Positions 42,361 to 54,878 are shown, numbered from the stretch's first letter. The stretch: DNA of 64,000 bases from Mycobacteriaceae bacterium (GCA_036749735.1 DAINXV010000001.1:449870-513869), one strand, 5' to 3'. A program made the numbers and translations. The notes: a model not told the origin generated them from the letters alone.

Positions 42361-43257
42361 TTAGTCCTCGTCATCGTCTTCGGGGAGGAACTTCACCAAG
42401 GCATCCACACTGGGGATGGTGTACCAGCCGGAGCCGGTGACGAACATGTGGTCCATGAGTGCATCATGGATGCCGTCAATGCCAACCATACGGTCCAGCA
42501 TGTCTTCCATCTTCCACTGCTCGTCGGCGAAGCCAATAAACAGGGTGCCGTGGGTGCCCATGTCTCCGTAGGCAACGTTGCGGCGCCAGATGTCTTGGTC
42601 GATGTCGGTGCGGGCAATATGGGAGTAGTCGGGCAGGTCCTCGCCTTCCAGCTCAATGTTTTCTAGCTTGGTGCGACCAATGGCCTTTTCCTGGTCCTCC
42701 ACATCCTGCTCATACCAGCTGAAGTCTTTGTGCTCGTAGGGCTGGTAAAGGAGGACACAGCTGTCGGCGCCGGGTTTACCCTGGTCGACACCTACGATAG
42801 AGGGAGCTTCCAGACGGCGGGGGTTTTCGGTGCCGTCTTCGAATCCGGTGAGGTCCTTGTTGGCGTGGTAGGGCCATCCGCGGTGTTCGGTGGCGATCTT
42901 GGCGATTCCTACGTAGGAGTCCCGTACGAATTTGGCCCAGTCCCAACAGATGTCCATGCCGTCACCGCTGATCCACACCCAAAAGTCGTGTTGGTCAGCG
43001 GGCATCATTAAGCCACCTTCGCCTTTATCTTCGGCAAAGTCAGCGGCAGTTTCGGGAACATCGTCGGCGTCGGCGATCTCTGCCCACAGGCTGGGGCGGA
43101 CACCAACTACCACGTTGACGCCATCGGTGGTGAGGGGGTTGGCAGCAGTAGCAAGAATCTGGAGTGCCTTCTTTTTATCGGCGGCAGCATCCAAGTCGAA
43201 GGTCATGAACAGGTGCTCGGTAGCACCAAAAGCGAAAATTCCAGGTTGCATAGTCAT
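42361..43257 (-). CDS. Dyp-type peroxidase, YfeX-like (class B, cytoplasmic)
   Basis: GFEDGTENP (the DyP GxxDG motif), plus YfeX-like IGRTK and GTHGTLF segments. There is no Tat signal. The start is ambiguous among 43293, 43257 and 43251. Confidence 0.8.
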   Translation of the reverse strand: MTMQPGIFAFGATEHLFMTFDLDAAADKKKALQILATAANPLTTDGVNVVVGVRPSLWAEIADADDVPETAADFAEDKGEGGLMMPADQHDFWVWISGDGMDICWDWAKFVRDSYVGIAKIATEHRGWPYHANKDLTGFEDGTENPRRLEAPSIVGVDQGKPGADSCVLLYQPYEHKDFSWYEQDVEDQEKAIGRTKLENIELEGEDLPDYSHIARTDIDQDIWRRNVAYGDMGTHGTLFIGFADEQWKMEDMLDRMVGIDGIHDALMDHMFVTGSGWYTIPSVDALVKFLPEDDDED

Positions 43258-43405
43258 AGTTCCAGTGTACGTGGTTTGGGGTCGCTCAACCATGAATATA
43301 GTTTTCAGACGGAATCAAAATTGTTTACTCGCCGTTCAACCCTTTCTCACACAACAGCCCATGTGGAGTGTTATTTTTCAGCTAGACAACCAACTTTTGA
43401 AATAT

Positions 43406-43426
43406 CAAAGTGGTATCACTTTGGTG
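43406..43426. promoter_or_regulatory. palindromic operator-like site CAAAGTG-GTAT-CACTTTG
   Basis: An 18 bp inverted repeat sits between the divergent Dyp peroxidase and ABC transporter genes. It shares the 15-mer TGGTATCACTTTGGT with 32586-32600. Confidence 0.35.
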
Positions 43427-43478
43427 TTTTATGATATTATTTCTTTGTAATTCAATAACACCAGGAACAAGGACAATA

Positions 43479-44372
43479 ATGACCGAGCTTGCCCTTCGCA
43501 ATCTTCGTAAGACCTACGGAGAAATAGTGGCGCTTAACGACTTAAGTCTCACCGTCAAACCAGGAGAAATCTACGGTTTCGTAGGGTCCAACGGTGCCGG
43601 CAAATCAACCGCCATGCGCATCACCATGGGACTCCTTGCCAAAGACTCCGGAACCATCAAATTCGGTGGCAAACCCATCGACTTCGAAACCCGCCGCACC
43701 ATCGGCTACATGCCTGAAGAACGCGGCCTCTACCCCAAAGAAACAGTTGCTGAACAGCTCATCTACCTTGGACAACTCCACGGCATGTCAAAAGATGCAG
43801 CCACCGAAGCAATGCGCAACTGGACCGAAAAACTCAGCCTAGCGGACCGGCGCGACAGCAAAGTCCAGGACCTTTCCCTCGGAAACCAGCAGCGCGTACA
43901 ACTCTCCGCCGCGCTAATCCACACTCCCCAACTCCTCATCCTGGATGAGCCTTTCAGCGGCCTCGACCCGGTGGCCGTCGACATTATGGTGGCTGTCCTG
44001 CGCGAGGAAGCCGACCGGGGTGTTCCCATCATCTTCTCCAGCCACCAACTGGATCTAGTGCAGCGTCTCTGCGACCGGGTGGGCATTATTGCGCACGGCG
44101 AGATGCGGGCCGAAGACACTGTCTATAACCTGCGGAGCACCAGTGGCCGCGCCCTCACCGTCACCTGCCCCACTGCCCCACGCGGCTGGGCAGACCAACT
44201 AGCAGGAGTTCTTGCCACCAAATACGACAGCAACGGCGTCACCCGCATCCAGGTGGACGCCGACGTGGACACGCAGACCATTCTCCACGCTGCCCTCAGC
44301 CACGGGCCGGTGAAGCAGTTCACGCCCCGCCTCCCCGACCTCACCGAACTATTCCGAGAGGTGGTCTCCTAA
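43479..44372 (+). CDS. ABC transporter ATP-binding protein
   Basis: Walker A GSNGAGKST, ABC signature LSLGNQQRV, and Walker B LLILDEP. ATG at 43479 follows AGGAACAAGGA. Confidence 0.85.
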   Translation: MTELALRNLRKTYGEIVALNDLSLTVKPGEIYGFVGSNGAGKSTAMRITMGLLAKDSGTIKFGGKPIDFETRRTIGYMPEERGLYPKETVAEQLIYLGQLHGMSKDAATEAMRNWTEKLSLADRRDSKVQDLSLGNQQRVQLSAALIHTPQLLILDEPFSGLDPVAVDIMVAVLREEADRGVPIIFSSHQLDLVQRLCDRVGIIAHGEMRAEDTVYNLRSTSGRALTVTCPTAPRGWADQLAGVLATKYDSNGVTRIQVDADVDTQTILHAALSHGPVKQFTPRLPDLTELFREVVS

Positions 44373-45628
44373 TGTCCCAGCAAACTAAGCCCCAACCCGT
44401 CACCCTTGTGGTGGCCCGGCGCGAAGCCCGCAACATCCTCAAATCCAAAGCCATGAAGATTACGGCCATACTGCTGCTCATCTTCTCCATCGGTGCGCCC
44501 ATCATCGCAAAATACGCGATGGATAAAGGCCCCAGCACTTATCAGGTTGGGGTGCTTGCGGAGGAGTCCCCCGAGTGGACTCGGATGGCCGACGCGGTGT
44601 CACAACAGATCGGCACCAAGATTGAGTTCCGGAAATACTCCGATCTGGATGCTGCGAAAAAGGCGGTGACGGACGGCGAAGTCGATATGGCATTGGAGCC
44701 ACTGAACCCTGCCCGACCCTATGCTTACCGCGCCTACCAACCCAATCAGCCGGTGTTGCAGCTGCAATATATTGTGCAGGGAATTTTGCAACAAGCCGCC
44801 ACAGGGGAGGTGCTCGCCCAGTCGGGTGTCTCGCCAGCAGATCTAGCTGCCGCTGCGCAGGAAGCGGAGCTGCAGGTCACTAGTGTGAAGGGAGATCAGA
44901 CTGACGTCACCATCTCCTATGTGGTGTCCATTGTCGGCATTATCCTCATCATGATGTTTGTGTGGGTATTCGGCCAGATCATCGGCCAGGGTGTGGTGGA
45001 GGAGAAAGCCTCCCGCATTATTGAGGTGATTATGGCAACCGTGCGTCCCCTGCAGCTGCTGTGGGGAAAGATCATCGGAATTGGCGCGGTGGCTTTCCTC
45101 TATATGTTGATAGCAGTTGTGGCGGGCGGATTGTCGCTGCACTTTACCGGCATTATTCCGGATGCAATACAAGACCAGATAACCACCCAGCTGCCTTTGC
45201 TGCTGGTGTGCATGGTGCTGGCGTTCCTTTTCTTCGCCTCACTGTATGCCGCCACCGGTGCGATGGTGTCGCGGACGGAAGACTTTTCCGCCGCAATAAC
45301 GCCCATCATCATGATCACCATGTTCCTTTATGTGTTGCCCGCAATGGGAATGCTGATGGCTGACAGTACCCTCTTTATGGTGCTTTCATGGATCCCACCG
45401 TTCTCGCTCACCATGCTTCCCATGCAGGTGGCGTTCGGCAATGCGACAATGGTGCAGATTATTGTGGCACTACTGCTGAATGTGATCGCCACCGTGGTGG
45501 TGGTGTGGCTGGCGAGCCGCATCTACGAAAACACTGTGCTGAACATTGGCAGCCGTGTACGGTGGCGGGACGCCCTAAAACAGGGCGGACGGGCGACTAA
45601 GAAAGAAAAGACTAGCTCCAGCACATAG
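44372..45628 (+). CDS. ABC-2 family transporter permease
   Basis: 418 aa. It has an N-terminal TM, a large extracytoplasmic loop, then five C-terminal TM helices. Its start overlaps the ATPase stop. Confidence 0.7.
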   Translation: MSQQTKPQPVTLVVARREARNILKSKAMKITAILLLIFSIGAPIIAKYAMDKGPSTYQVGVLAEESPEWTRMADAVSQQIGTKIEFRKYSDLDAAKKAVTDGEVDMALEPLNPARPYAYRAYQPNQPVLQLQYIVQGILQQAATGEVLAQSGVSPADLAAAAQEAELQVTSVKGDQTDVTISYVVSIVGIILIMMFVWVFGQIIGQGVVEEKASRIIEVIMATVRPLQLLWGKIIGIGAVAFLYMLIAVVAGGLSLHFTGIIPDAIQDQITTQLPLLLVCMVLAFLFFASLYAATGAMVSRTEDFSAAITPIIMITMFLYVLPAMGMLMADSTLFMVLSWIPPFSLTMLPMQVAFGNATMVQIIVALLLNVIATVVVVWLASRIYENTVLNIGSRVRWRDALKQGGRATKKEKTSSST

Positions 45629-45639
45629 CGCCAAACAAT

Positions 45640-45700
45640 TAAATGAGTAATGCCCACCCGGGTCGGAAAGCGGAGTCGCTTCCACCTGGGTGGGCACACT
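45640..45700. terminator. long GC hairpin between convergent ABC permease and protease genes
   Basis: A roughly 13 bp stem, TGCCCACCCGGGT...ACCTGGGTGGGCA, encloses an inner GGAAAGCG/CGCTTCC hairpin. On the minus strand it is followed by a U-rich run. Confidence 0.45.
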
Positions 45701-45722
45701 ATATGCAGTGTGTGCTTTAGCG

Positions 45723-46307
45723 TTAGCGTGGAGTGAGTTCCGCAATTGGCGCTAGGGGTGCGATCGAAGCGCCATTAACGTCGTGTCCCGACACGATGCC
45801 GAACACATAGTTCGCGTACTTGCCGTTGCGCATGCAGACGGGGCCGCCCGAATCACCGGGTTTGGTGTACAAGTCGGCACTCCAGTTGAAGACCCGCAGG
45901 TTATTGGATGTGTCGTTGTATTCGTCAGCGGAGTCACTCCAGCGAACACAGTGAATCTCCTGCGGCTCAATGGTGCCATAGGTGACGCCTGTTGTGGATC
46001 TTATTTTGTAGATCTGCTGCGGGCGGTCAATGGAGGTTGCGAAGTAGACGGCGGTGGTGCGGGGAATATACGCCTGGCCTTGGCTCAGGTCGATCATCAC
46101 CAGGTCGTAGTCGTACCAGAAGTACCCCGTGGGGCCGAGAAAAAAGTAGCGGATGATTGCACCGAGAGTGCAGCGGATATCGGTGCGGCGATCAAAGTCG
46201 TGGTCCAGAAAAATCGGAATGCCTGCCTGGATGGAGCCACCGTAGGGTGCTGCTGCGGCGGATGCTGGGGAAAAGCTAGCGGCAGTAGCTACCACATAGT
46301 TGGGCAC
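45723..46307 (-). CDS. chymotrypsin-fold (S1, streptogrisin-like) serine protease homolog, possibly inactive
   Basis: GDSGGP Ser motif and a DYDLVMIDL Asp region. The expected TAGHC His motif position reads GPTGYF instead. It has a signal-like N-terminus and directly abuts the tRNA-Thr 3' end. Confidence 0.6.
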   Translation of the reverse strand: MPNYVVATAASFSPASAAAAPYGGSIQAGIPIFLDHDFDRRTDIRCTLGAIIRYFFLGPTGYFWYDYDLVMIDLSQGQAYIPRTTAVYFATSIDRPQQIYKIRSTTGVTYGTIEPQEIHCVRWSDSADEYNDTSNNLRVFNWSADLYTKPGDSGGPVCMRNGKYANYVFGIVSGHDVNGASIAPLAPIAELTPR

Positions 46308-46343
46308 TATGCTGCTCGCGAAAAGGGCTAATGCACAAATGAG

Positions 46344-46416
46344 AGCCGCTTAGGAGAATCGAACTCCTGACCTATTCATTACGAGTGAATCGCTCTACCG
46401 ACTGAGCTAAAGCGGC
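46344..46416 (-). tRNA. tRNA-Thr (anticodon CGT)
   Basis: Hand-folded cloverleaf: acceptor GCCGCUU/AAGCGGC, D-arm GCUC-AGUCGGUA-GAGC, anticodon arm AUUCA-CUCGUAA-UGAAU, and T-arm AGGAG-UUCGAUU-CUCCU. CCA is not encoded. Confidence 0.85.
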
Positions 46417-46470
46417 GCACCTACCGACGTAGGCAAATTAACTTTAGCGGACAATTTTCAGTGACAAAAA

Positions 46471-47787
46471 TTAGCGCTGCAGCCGGCCCGCATTTAACGC
46501 CTCCGAAATGGCTCCCACCATGCCACCAACCGCCATTTCCGGCTTCACATTCTGGTTGATTTCTGTGCGGGCAGCCATGACGGCATCAATGCACTGCAGT
46601 AAGGATTCTGGGCTGAAAAAGTCCGCGAAAGCTTTCGTAATACTATGGGCATCCACGTGGATAAGATCCACTTTCGCGCCCGTAGCCTGCACTAATGCAT
46701 CACGGTAGAAGGCAGCCAAGTCGGTGAGGGACAAATCGACAGAATCCCGCACCATGCGAGTTTCGCGCCGCTTCTGGGAATCCTTCAACTCCTTCAGCGC
46801 CCCCGCTGTGCCTCGCATGGCGGTACCGGCACCTTTCCCGGTGCCGCCTGCCCCCAGGGCGGTGCGGAGTTCCTCCGTCTCCTTCTCCGACATTTCCTTA
46901 TTGGCGTCAGCAGCAGCCTTGCGCGCATCCTGGACCACTTGCACCGCAGCGTTGTAGGCGCGACTGGGGTGGTTCGTCAACTGCCCCAATTCCAAAACTT
47001 TGCGCCGCCGTGCCCGTGCCTCCTCGGAATGCAACAGCACGCGGGCGCGGCCAATGTGGGCATCGGCCACCGCCGCAGACCATTCTGCCTGCGCCGGGGT
47101 TGCTCCTTCCCGCAGCAGCAAGTCGGCAACATCTTTGCGGGTAGGCATCCGCACGTAGACGTGTCGGGTGCGGGAGCGCAACGTCACCATAATGTCTTGT
47201 GGATCATCAGAAGGGGCGCACAAAATAAACACCGTGCGGCTGGGTGGTTCCTCCACCGCTTTGAGCAGTGCGTTTCCTGCTTGTTCAGTTAAACGGTCGG
47301 CGTCCTCCACGATCACTATTTGCCAATTTCCGGTGGCGGGGAAAGTACTTGCGCGGCTGACGATGGAGCGGATTTCTTTCACCTGGATGGTGAGCCCTTC
47401 CGGCTGCACCACCATCACGTCCGGGTGCCGGTCGTTCATAACGTCTCGGCAAGTTTCACATTCTCCACACCCGGGCTCTGTGGGGTCGTCGCATTGCAAA
47501 GCGGCCGCGAAACAGCGGGCGGCAACCGATCGTCCAGATCCGGGCGGACCGGTAAATAGCCACGCGTGGGTCATTTCGGAGCCAGCGCGATCAATTGCTT
47601 CCGCAAGATCAGCAGCGGCCTCCCCCTCCGCTGTGTCTTCTAATGTGTCTTCCAAAGCCCCCAGGAGCGAATCTTGGCCAGACTCAGCGGCTTCCAATTC
47701 TGCCAGCATGCGGCGCGCAGCCTGGGCTGCCGTACGCAATTGGCTGGCCACATCTTCTTGACCGGCAAGCTGATCGAAAACACTCAC
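46471..47787 (-). CDS. holB: DNA polymerase III subunit delta' (clamp loader)
   Basis: AAA+ Walker A GPPGSGRS, the zinc module CGECETC, and the SRC-type motif. It sits upstream of topA in conserved synteny. Confidence 0.85.
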   Translation of the reverse strand: MSVFDQLAGQEDVASQLRTAAQAARRMLAELEAAESGQDSLLGALEDTLEDTAEGEAAADLAEAIDRAGSEMTHAWLFTGPPGSGRSVAARCFAAALQCDDPTEPGCGECETCRDVMNDRHPDVMVVQPEGLTIQVKEIRSIVSRASTFPATGNWQIVIVEDADRLTEQAGNALLKAVEEPPSRTVFILCAPSDDPQDIMVTLRSRTRHVYVRMPTRKDVADLLLREGATPAQAEWSAAVADAHIGRARVLLHSEEARARRRKVLELGQLTNHPSRAYNAAVQVVQDARKAAADANKEMSEKETEELRTALGAGGTGKGAGTAMRGTAGALKELKDSQKRRETRMVRDSVDLSLTDLAAFYRDALVQATGAKVDLIHVDAHSITKAFADFFSPESLLQCIDAVMAARTEINQNVKPEMAVGGMVGAISEALNAGRLQR

Positions 47788-47942
47788 AGATATAGCCTAC
47801 TGGTTTGGTGTAAGAAGAGTCTTGGGGAAAGAAATTTCTCAACAATTTTTACCAAACCCTTGTGAGTACTACGACAGACATAGTATGTTAGGCATAGTAC
47901 GGCGCGACGTGTTGCCGGCGCTAACACCCGAAAGGAGCCCCA

Positions 47943-48293
47943 ATGATCAGTAGCGACTTCATTCGGGGCTATATCGACCTCATTGTGCTGTCGATTCTCA
48001 AAAACGAACCCAACTACGGGTACGGCATCTCCAAAGCCATCGAAGACATCACCCAAGGCGACTACACCGTCAAACAAACCACGCTTTACTCCGCCTTCAA
48101 ACGACTCGAGAAAAACAACTACGTCACCCCCTTCTCCCAAATAGGACCCACCGGCAAAGAACGCACCTACTACCGCATCACCCCAGCGGGAGCAGACTAC
48201 TACCACGCCAAATGCCAAGAATGGGATGACACCAAGCGCATCGTCAACCTCTTTATTACCCCTCACCACAGCGGCACCGCCCAATGCTCGTAG
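47943..48293 (+). CDS. PadR-family transcriptional regulator
   Basis: Winged-helix core IDLIVLSILKNEPNYGYGISKAIE...TLYSAFKRLE. Confidence 0.85.
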   Translation: MISSDFIRGYIDLIVLSILKNEPNYGYGISKAIEDITQGDYTVKQTTLYSAFKRLEKNNYVTPFSQIGPTGKERTYYRITPAGADYYHAKCQEWDDTKRIVNLFITPHHSGTAQCS

Positions 48294-48302
48294 GAGAAAG
48301 AC

Positions 48303-49325
48303 ATGTCTGAGCAATACTTTGAGCACTACCTCGACGGAATGTTTGCCCCCTACCCCAACACCCCCGAAGTAGCAGCAGCACGCACCGACCTGCACGCCAT
48401 GATGCAAGACAAATACGACAACTTGGTCGCCGGCGGCGTCTCCTCCAATGCCGCTATTGGACAGGTCATTTCAGAATTCGGGGACCTTTCCGAAGTGGCG
48501 CCCCTCATCAGTTTCAACACCACCATCACCACCCCCCAAAAAGATCTCATTAGCGCGGAAGAAGCACACGACTATCTGGTGGCGGACTACAAAGCCCGGC
48601 GCGCCAACGGTGTCGGAGCAGCCCTCATTATGTCCTGTGCGGTGCCCCTCATCCTGTTGGGCTCCATTGCTGCAAAACTCTATACCCCACCCGGAGCTAG
48701 CCAACCGCCAGATTCCGCAATGGCTCCCTTCGGGGTGGCCGGGATTACCATCCTGCTGCTCATGCTGGGATTCGGGGTCTTCACTTTGGCGATCACCAAT
48801 AACCGCCTGAAGCGCTTCCGCCACATCATCAAAGGACTGGTGTACACCACCACGGAGGCGAAAGAGGAAGTTTACAAGTGGCGCGAAACGCACAGCAACC
48901 GCCCCGGCATCCTCACCGCTGTGGGGGTCGCACTTTGTGTCATGTCGCCCATCCCCCTCATTGGGTTTACCGGTGTTGCCAATGAACAACACTGGCTCCC
49001 CGGCATTGGGGTAGCAATCATGCTGTCGCTGCTGGCAGTCGCCGTCAACCTCTTTATCTCCGACAACGGTGCCCGGGACGCGGAAAAATACATCCTCCAA
49101 GAAGGTCCGTTCGCACCGGAAGAGCGCAGCCGCTACCGCATGTTGGCATCCCTCAACATTGCCTACTGGCTGATAGTTGTGGCCGTCTACATTGCCTGCA
49201 TTCTGGCGATCGGCGCCAATATTGTGATCTTCACACCGATCTACTGGCTGATGGCCGTAGCCATCTTCTACCTGGGACGAACCTACATTAACCGCCGCCA
49301 CTTCCCAGAAGATTACAGCTTCTAG
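48303..49325 (+). CDS. PadR-associated polytopic membrane protein (DUF1700/HAAS-like N-terminal domain plus about 6 TM helices)
   Basis: It starts 10 nt after padR. It has a soluble N-domain, then multiple hydrophobic helices. The family call is tentative. Confidence 0.55.
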   Translation: MSEQYFEHYLDGMFAPYPNTPEVAAARTDLHAMMQDKYDNLVAGGVSSNAAIGQVISEFGDLSEVAPLISFNTTITTPQKDLISAEEAHDYLVADYKARRANGVGAALIMSCAVPLILLGSIAAKLYTPPGASQPPDSAMAPFGVAGITILLLMLGFGVFTLAITNNRLKRFRHIIKGLVYTTTEAKEEVYKWRETHSNRPGILTAVGVALCVMSPIPLIGFTGVANEQHWLPGIGVAIMLSLLAVAVNLFISDNGARDAEKYILQEGPFAPEERSRYRMLASLNIAYWLIVVAVYIACILAIGANIVIFTPIYWLMAVAIFYLGRTYINRRHFPEDYSF

Positions 49326-49329
49326 AAAA

Positions 49330-52098
<2,769 letters not shown>

Positions 52099-52200
52099 AA
52101 ATAAAGACGATTTGGACTAAAAAGTGGACAGCTGTTTTAAAGGCCTGTCGTTTTACACCTTATATATAGTGTCAAGAAAAAATACAACAGCGTCGCAGAA

Positions 52201-52839
52201 TTACGTTCCTGCGGGGGCTTCCCACGAATGCCCCGGAGGGGGATCCCCCACCATCAACATGAGGTTGCGAAGACGCCGCTGTCCTTGCACCCGCACCGCC
52301 GGGCCACCCGCCCGCACACCGACAAAAACTGCACTGACGCCGCTGCGTGCCAAAGCTCCCTGCACAATTTTCAGCAGCTGCGGGTGGTCGGCAATATGCG
52401 GATCCAACCCCAGGCGGAAGCCCATGTCGTCACGGACTCCAGCAACAGTTGCCCAGATCTGCACGGCAGTGGAAGTTGGTTGCCATTGGGGTGGGACCGT
52501 CTTCACCGCACCTTTCGTCCAGGCCTGCACCACTGGCAGCAAATCCGGGGACTCCATGCGCACCAGCCATTGGGGGCTGCCGTCCTCCGCAGTCTGCGCC
52601 TCCACCACTACCGGGATATTGGCCCGGCGCACCACACTATCCAGCCTGGTAGCCCGCCACTCGTCGGTCAGCAGAATAGATATGCGCGCTGACTGGGGGA
52701 TGGGTTTTTTGCGGCGGCCGCGAGTGGTGTCAGCATCCCCGAAGAGCAGCTGGCTGTGACCGTGTGCGAGCAGCAGAGACCCCACATCTGCGGGGGTAAC
52801 GGGCAGCAACCCGGTGTCGAAAAAACTCAGCTGGTCCAT
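52201..52839 (-). CDS. conserved hypothetical protein (topA-upstream)
   Basis: 213 aa from ATG 52839 (AGGA upstream). The longer ORF to 52908 would overlap the divergent transporter gene. No motif was recognised. Confidence 0.45.
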   Translation of the reverse strand: MDQLSFFDTGLLPVTPADVGSLLLAHGHSQLLFGDADTTRGRRKKPIPQSARISILLTDEWRATRLDSVVRRANIPVVVEAQTAEDGSPQWLVRMESPDLLPVVQAWTKGAVKTVPPQWQPTSTAVQIWATVAGVRDDMGFRLGLDPHIADHPQLLKIVQGALARSGVSAVFVGVRAGGPAVRVQGQRRLRNLMLMVGDPPPGHSWEAPAGT

Positions 52840-52883
52840 GGTTCCTAGAATAGCGACATTCTTCCTCAGGTAGTGTCTAGGCC

Positions 52884-54170
52884 ATGCGCATACTCCGCAA
52901 GATTCCACTCCTGGTATGGATTATTATCGCGATTGCTTTGGGCGTCCTGATGGGTTGGGCCAGTCGGTCTGCTGGTACTCCCGTGCCGGTGCGCCTGGGA
53001 GCCACCTTCGGCATGGTGTTCAGTGAACTACTGGGCTTTGCCATTCCACTTATTATTTTGGGTTTCATTGCCCCCGGTATTGGGTCACTCGGGAAGGGTG
53101 CCGGCAAAATGCTGGGGAAAGCAGTGGGAATTGCTTACACCTCCACGGTGCTGGCGGGCATTCTTGCCATCCTTACCACGCTGCTGATCTATCCGCGCAT
53201 CCTCAAAAATCAGACGCTGCAGGTAATCTCGGATCCTTCGTCGGCGTTGCTGAAACCCTACGGCGCCACTGTTGGCCCCGATGGGGTGGAAGAACTTCCC
53301 TTCTCGCTGCCAGCCATCATGCCCGTCACCACCGCCCTAGTGTTGGCTTTCGTGTTGGGGCTAGGAATGGCGGCTCTGCAAAGCAATGCTCTCTTCCGGG
53401 TGATGGAGGAGTTCCGCTTCATTGTGGAGAAGTTCCTCAAATACGTCATCATTCCACTACTGCCGTTCTACATTCTGAGTGTTTTCGCGAATATGACCTA
53501 TGCGGGCCAGGTGCAGCATATTCTCACCGTGTTTGGGAAAGTCTTCGTAATGGTGATCATTCTGCACTCGGTGTTTCTGCTGCTGGTGTATAGCCTTGCG
53601 GGGGGTATCAATAAACAGAATCCCCTGCGGCTATTGGGCAAAATGCTTCCCGCCTATTTCACTGCACTGGGAACGCAGTCGTCAGCGGCAACTATTCCGG
53701 TGACTTTGCGCTCCGCTAAAAACGCTGGCGTGCGGGAAAGAATTGCGGACTTTGCTATTCCTTTGAACGCCAATATTCACTTGGCGGGATCCATGGTCAC
53801 CATCACCGCCTGTGCTTCCGCAGTGATCACCATGACGAAAGGCCAGGTGCCTTCCTTCGGCGACATGCTGCCGCTTATTCTCATTCTGGGTGTGATGATG
53901 GTGGCTGCACCTGGGGTTCCTGGGGGCGCGGTGATGACGGCGGTGGGTGCGTTGGAATCCGTGCTGCACTTCAACCCCACAATGATTGCGCTCATGATTG
54001 CGCTTTATCTGGCGCAGGACTCCTTCGGCACGGCAACTAACGTCACTGGAGATGGGGCTCTCGCCAAGATTTTGGAACGCGCCAGCCGCAAACAGCTGGA
54101 GATGACGGACGCTGCGGTGGACATGCAAGAAGATGAGCAACCATTCGCTGCAGATTCGGACGCGAACTAA
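52884..54170 (+). CDS. dicarboxylate/amino acid:cation symporter (DAACS family; DctA/GltP/SstT-like)
   Basis: 428 aa polytopic protein with characteristic re-entrant-loop regions (SSAATIPV, and NANIHLAGS resembling the NMDG-like region). Confidence 0.8.
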   Translation: MRILRKIPLLVWIIIAIALGVLMGWASRSAGTPVPVRLGATFGMVFSELLGFAIPLIILGFIAPGIGSLGKGAGKMLGKAVGIAYTSTVLAGILAILTTLLIYPRILKNQTLQVISDPSSALLKPYGATVGPDGVEELPFSLPAIMPVTTALVLAFVLGLGMAALQSNALFRVMEEFRFIVEKFLKYVIIPLLPFYILSVFANMTYAGQVQHILTVFGKVFVMVIILHSVFLLLVYSLAGGINKQNPLRLLGKMLPAYFTALGTQSSAATIPVTLRSAKNAGVRERIADFAIPLNANIHLAGSMVTITACASAVITMTKGQVPSFGDMLPLILILGVMMVAAPGVPGGAVMTAVGALESVLHFNPTMIALMIALYLAQDSFGTATNVTGDGALAKILERASRKQLEMTDAAVDMQEDEQPFAADSDAN

Positions 54171-54251
54171 ACTGGAGGCAACACCTCACCTTTTCCTCTC
54201 CATTGCAATGCCTAATTTTGGGGCTCGAGGACTGCGTGACGTAAAGACAGT

Positions 54252-54776
54252 TTGAAGGAGATAGCTGTGCGGAAAATACTCTTCCGGAAGGCCACCGCCG
54301 TCGCACTCGCCCTGGGTTTGGTTATAACACCGGCGCTAACCGGCTGTGACAACCCCGATAGTGCCGCTGCTGGCAATGCGGCTGGCGCAGAAAAAGTTGA
54401 TAGCTCCAAGCTCGGCACAGTCAGCATTCTGGGCGACAACGTCCGCCAGGTTGATTATGCTGACGTCGCCTACCGGCTGCGGGGAGCAGATGCGGATCAA
54501 GCCCACCTGATTGATGTGCGCAGCGTTGTTGAATACCAAATGGGGCACCTCAAAAACGCCCTTAATCTTCCTCTCACCAAAATTAAGTTGGCTTCCTCTA
54601 GCGAGCTGAAAGATATTGTGCCCGCACAAGGTGAACTATGGATCTACTGCCGCTCCGGCGGCCGCGCCGTAGAAGCTGCCCGCACCATCAACAAAGCCGT
54701 ACCCGGTCGCCAAATTTTTATTGTGCTTGACGATTTTGCGGCAGCCGAAAGCCACGGTTTAGAAATAGTGCAATAA
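54252..54776 (+). CDS. rhodanese-domain lipoprotein (sulfurtransferase-like)
   Basis: Lipobox LTGC, a rhodanese fold, and the active-site Cys loop CRSGGRA. Confidence 0.7.
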   Translation: MKEIAVRKILFRKATAVALALGLVITPALTGCDNPDSAAAGNAAGAEKVDSSKLGTVSILGDNVRQVDYADVAYRLRGADADQAHLIDVRSVVEYQMGHLKNALNLPLTKIKLASSSELKDIVPAQGELWIYCRSGGRAVEAARTINKAVPGRQIFIVLDDFAAAESHGLEIVQ

Positions 54777-54878
54777 ATCACACTTCTTCGGCTATGCTGA
54801 AAACGCACAAATTACTTGTGTTTAAAGCACACGCTAAGTCCACACCCGTCACGCTGTGACACTGACAAAAGGATCACC

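Noticed and set aside
46344-46416. Searched for a direct repeat of the tRNA-Thr 3' end (att site) and for integrase genes, to define a genomic island.
   Set aside because: None was seen by eye in 31-46 kb, so no mobile_element feature is called. The island idea is left as an inference in the findings.
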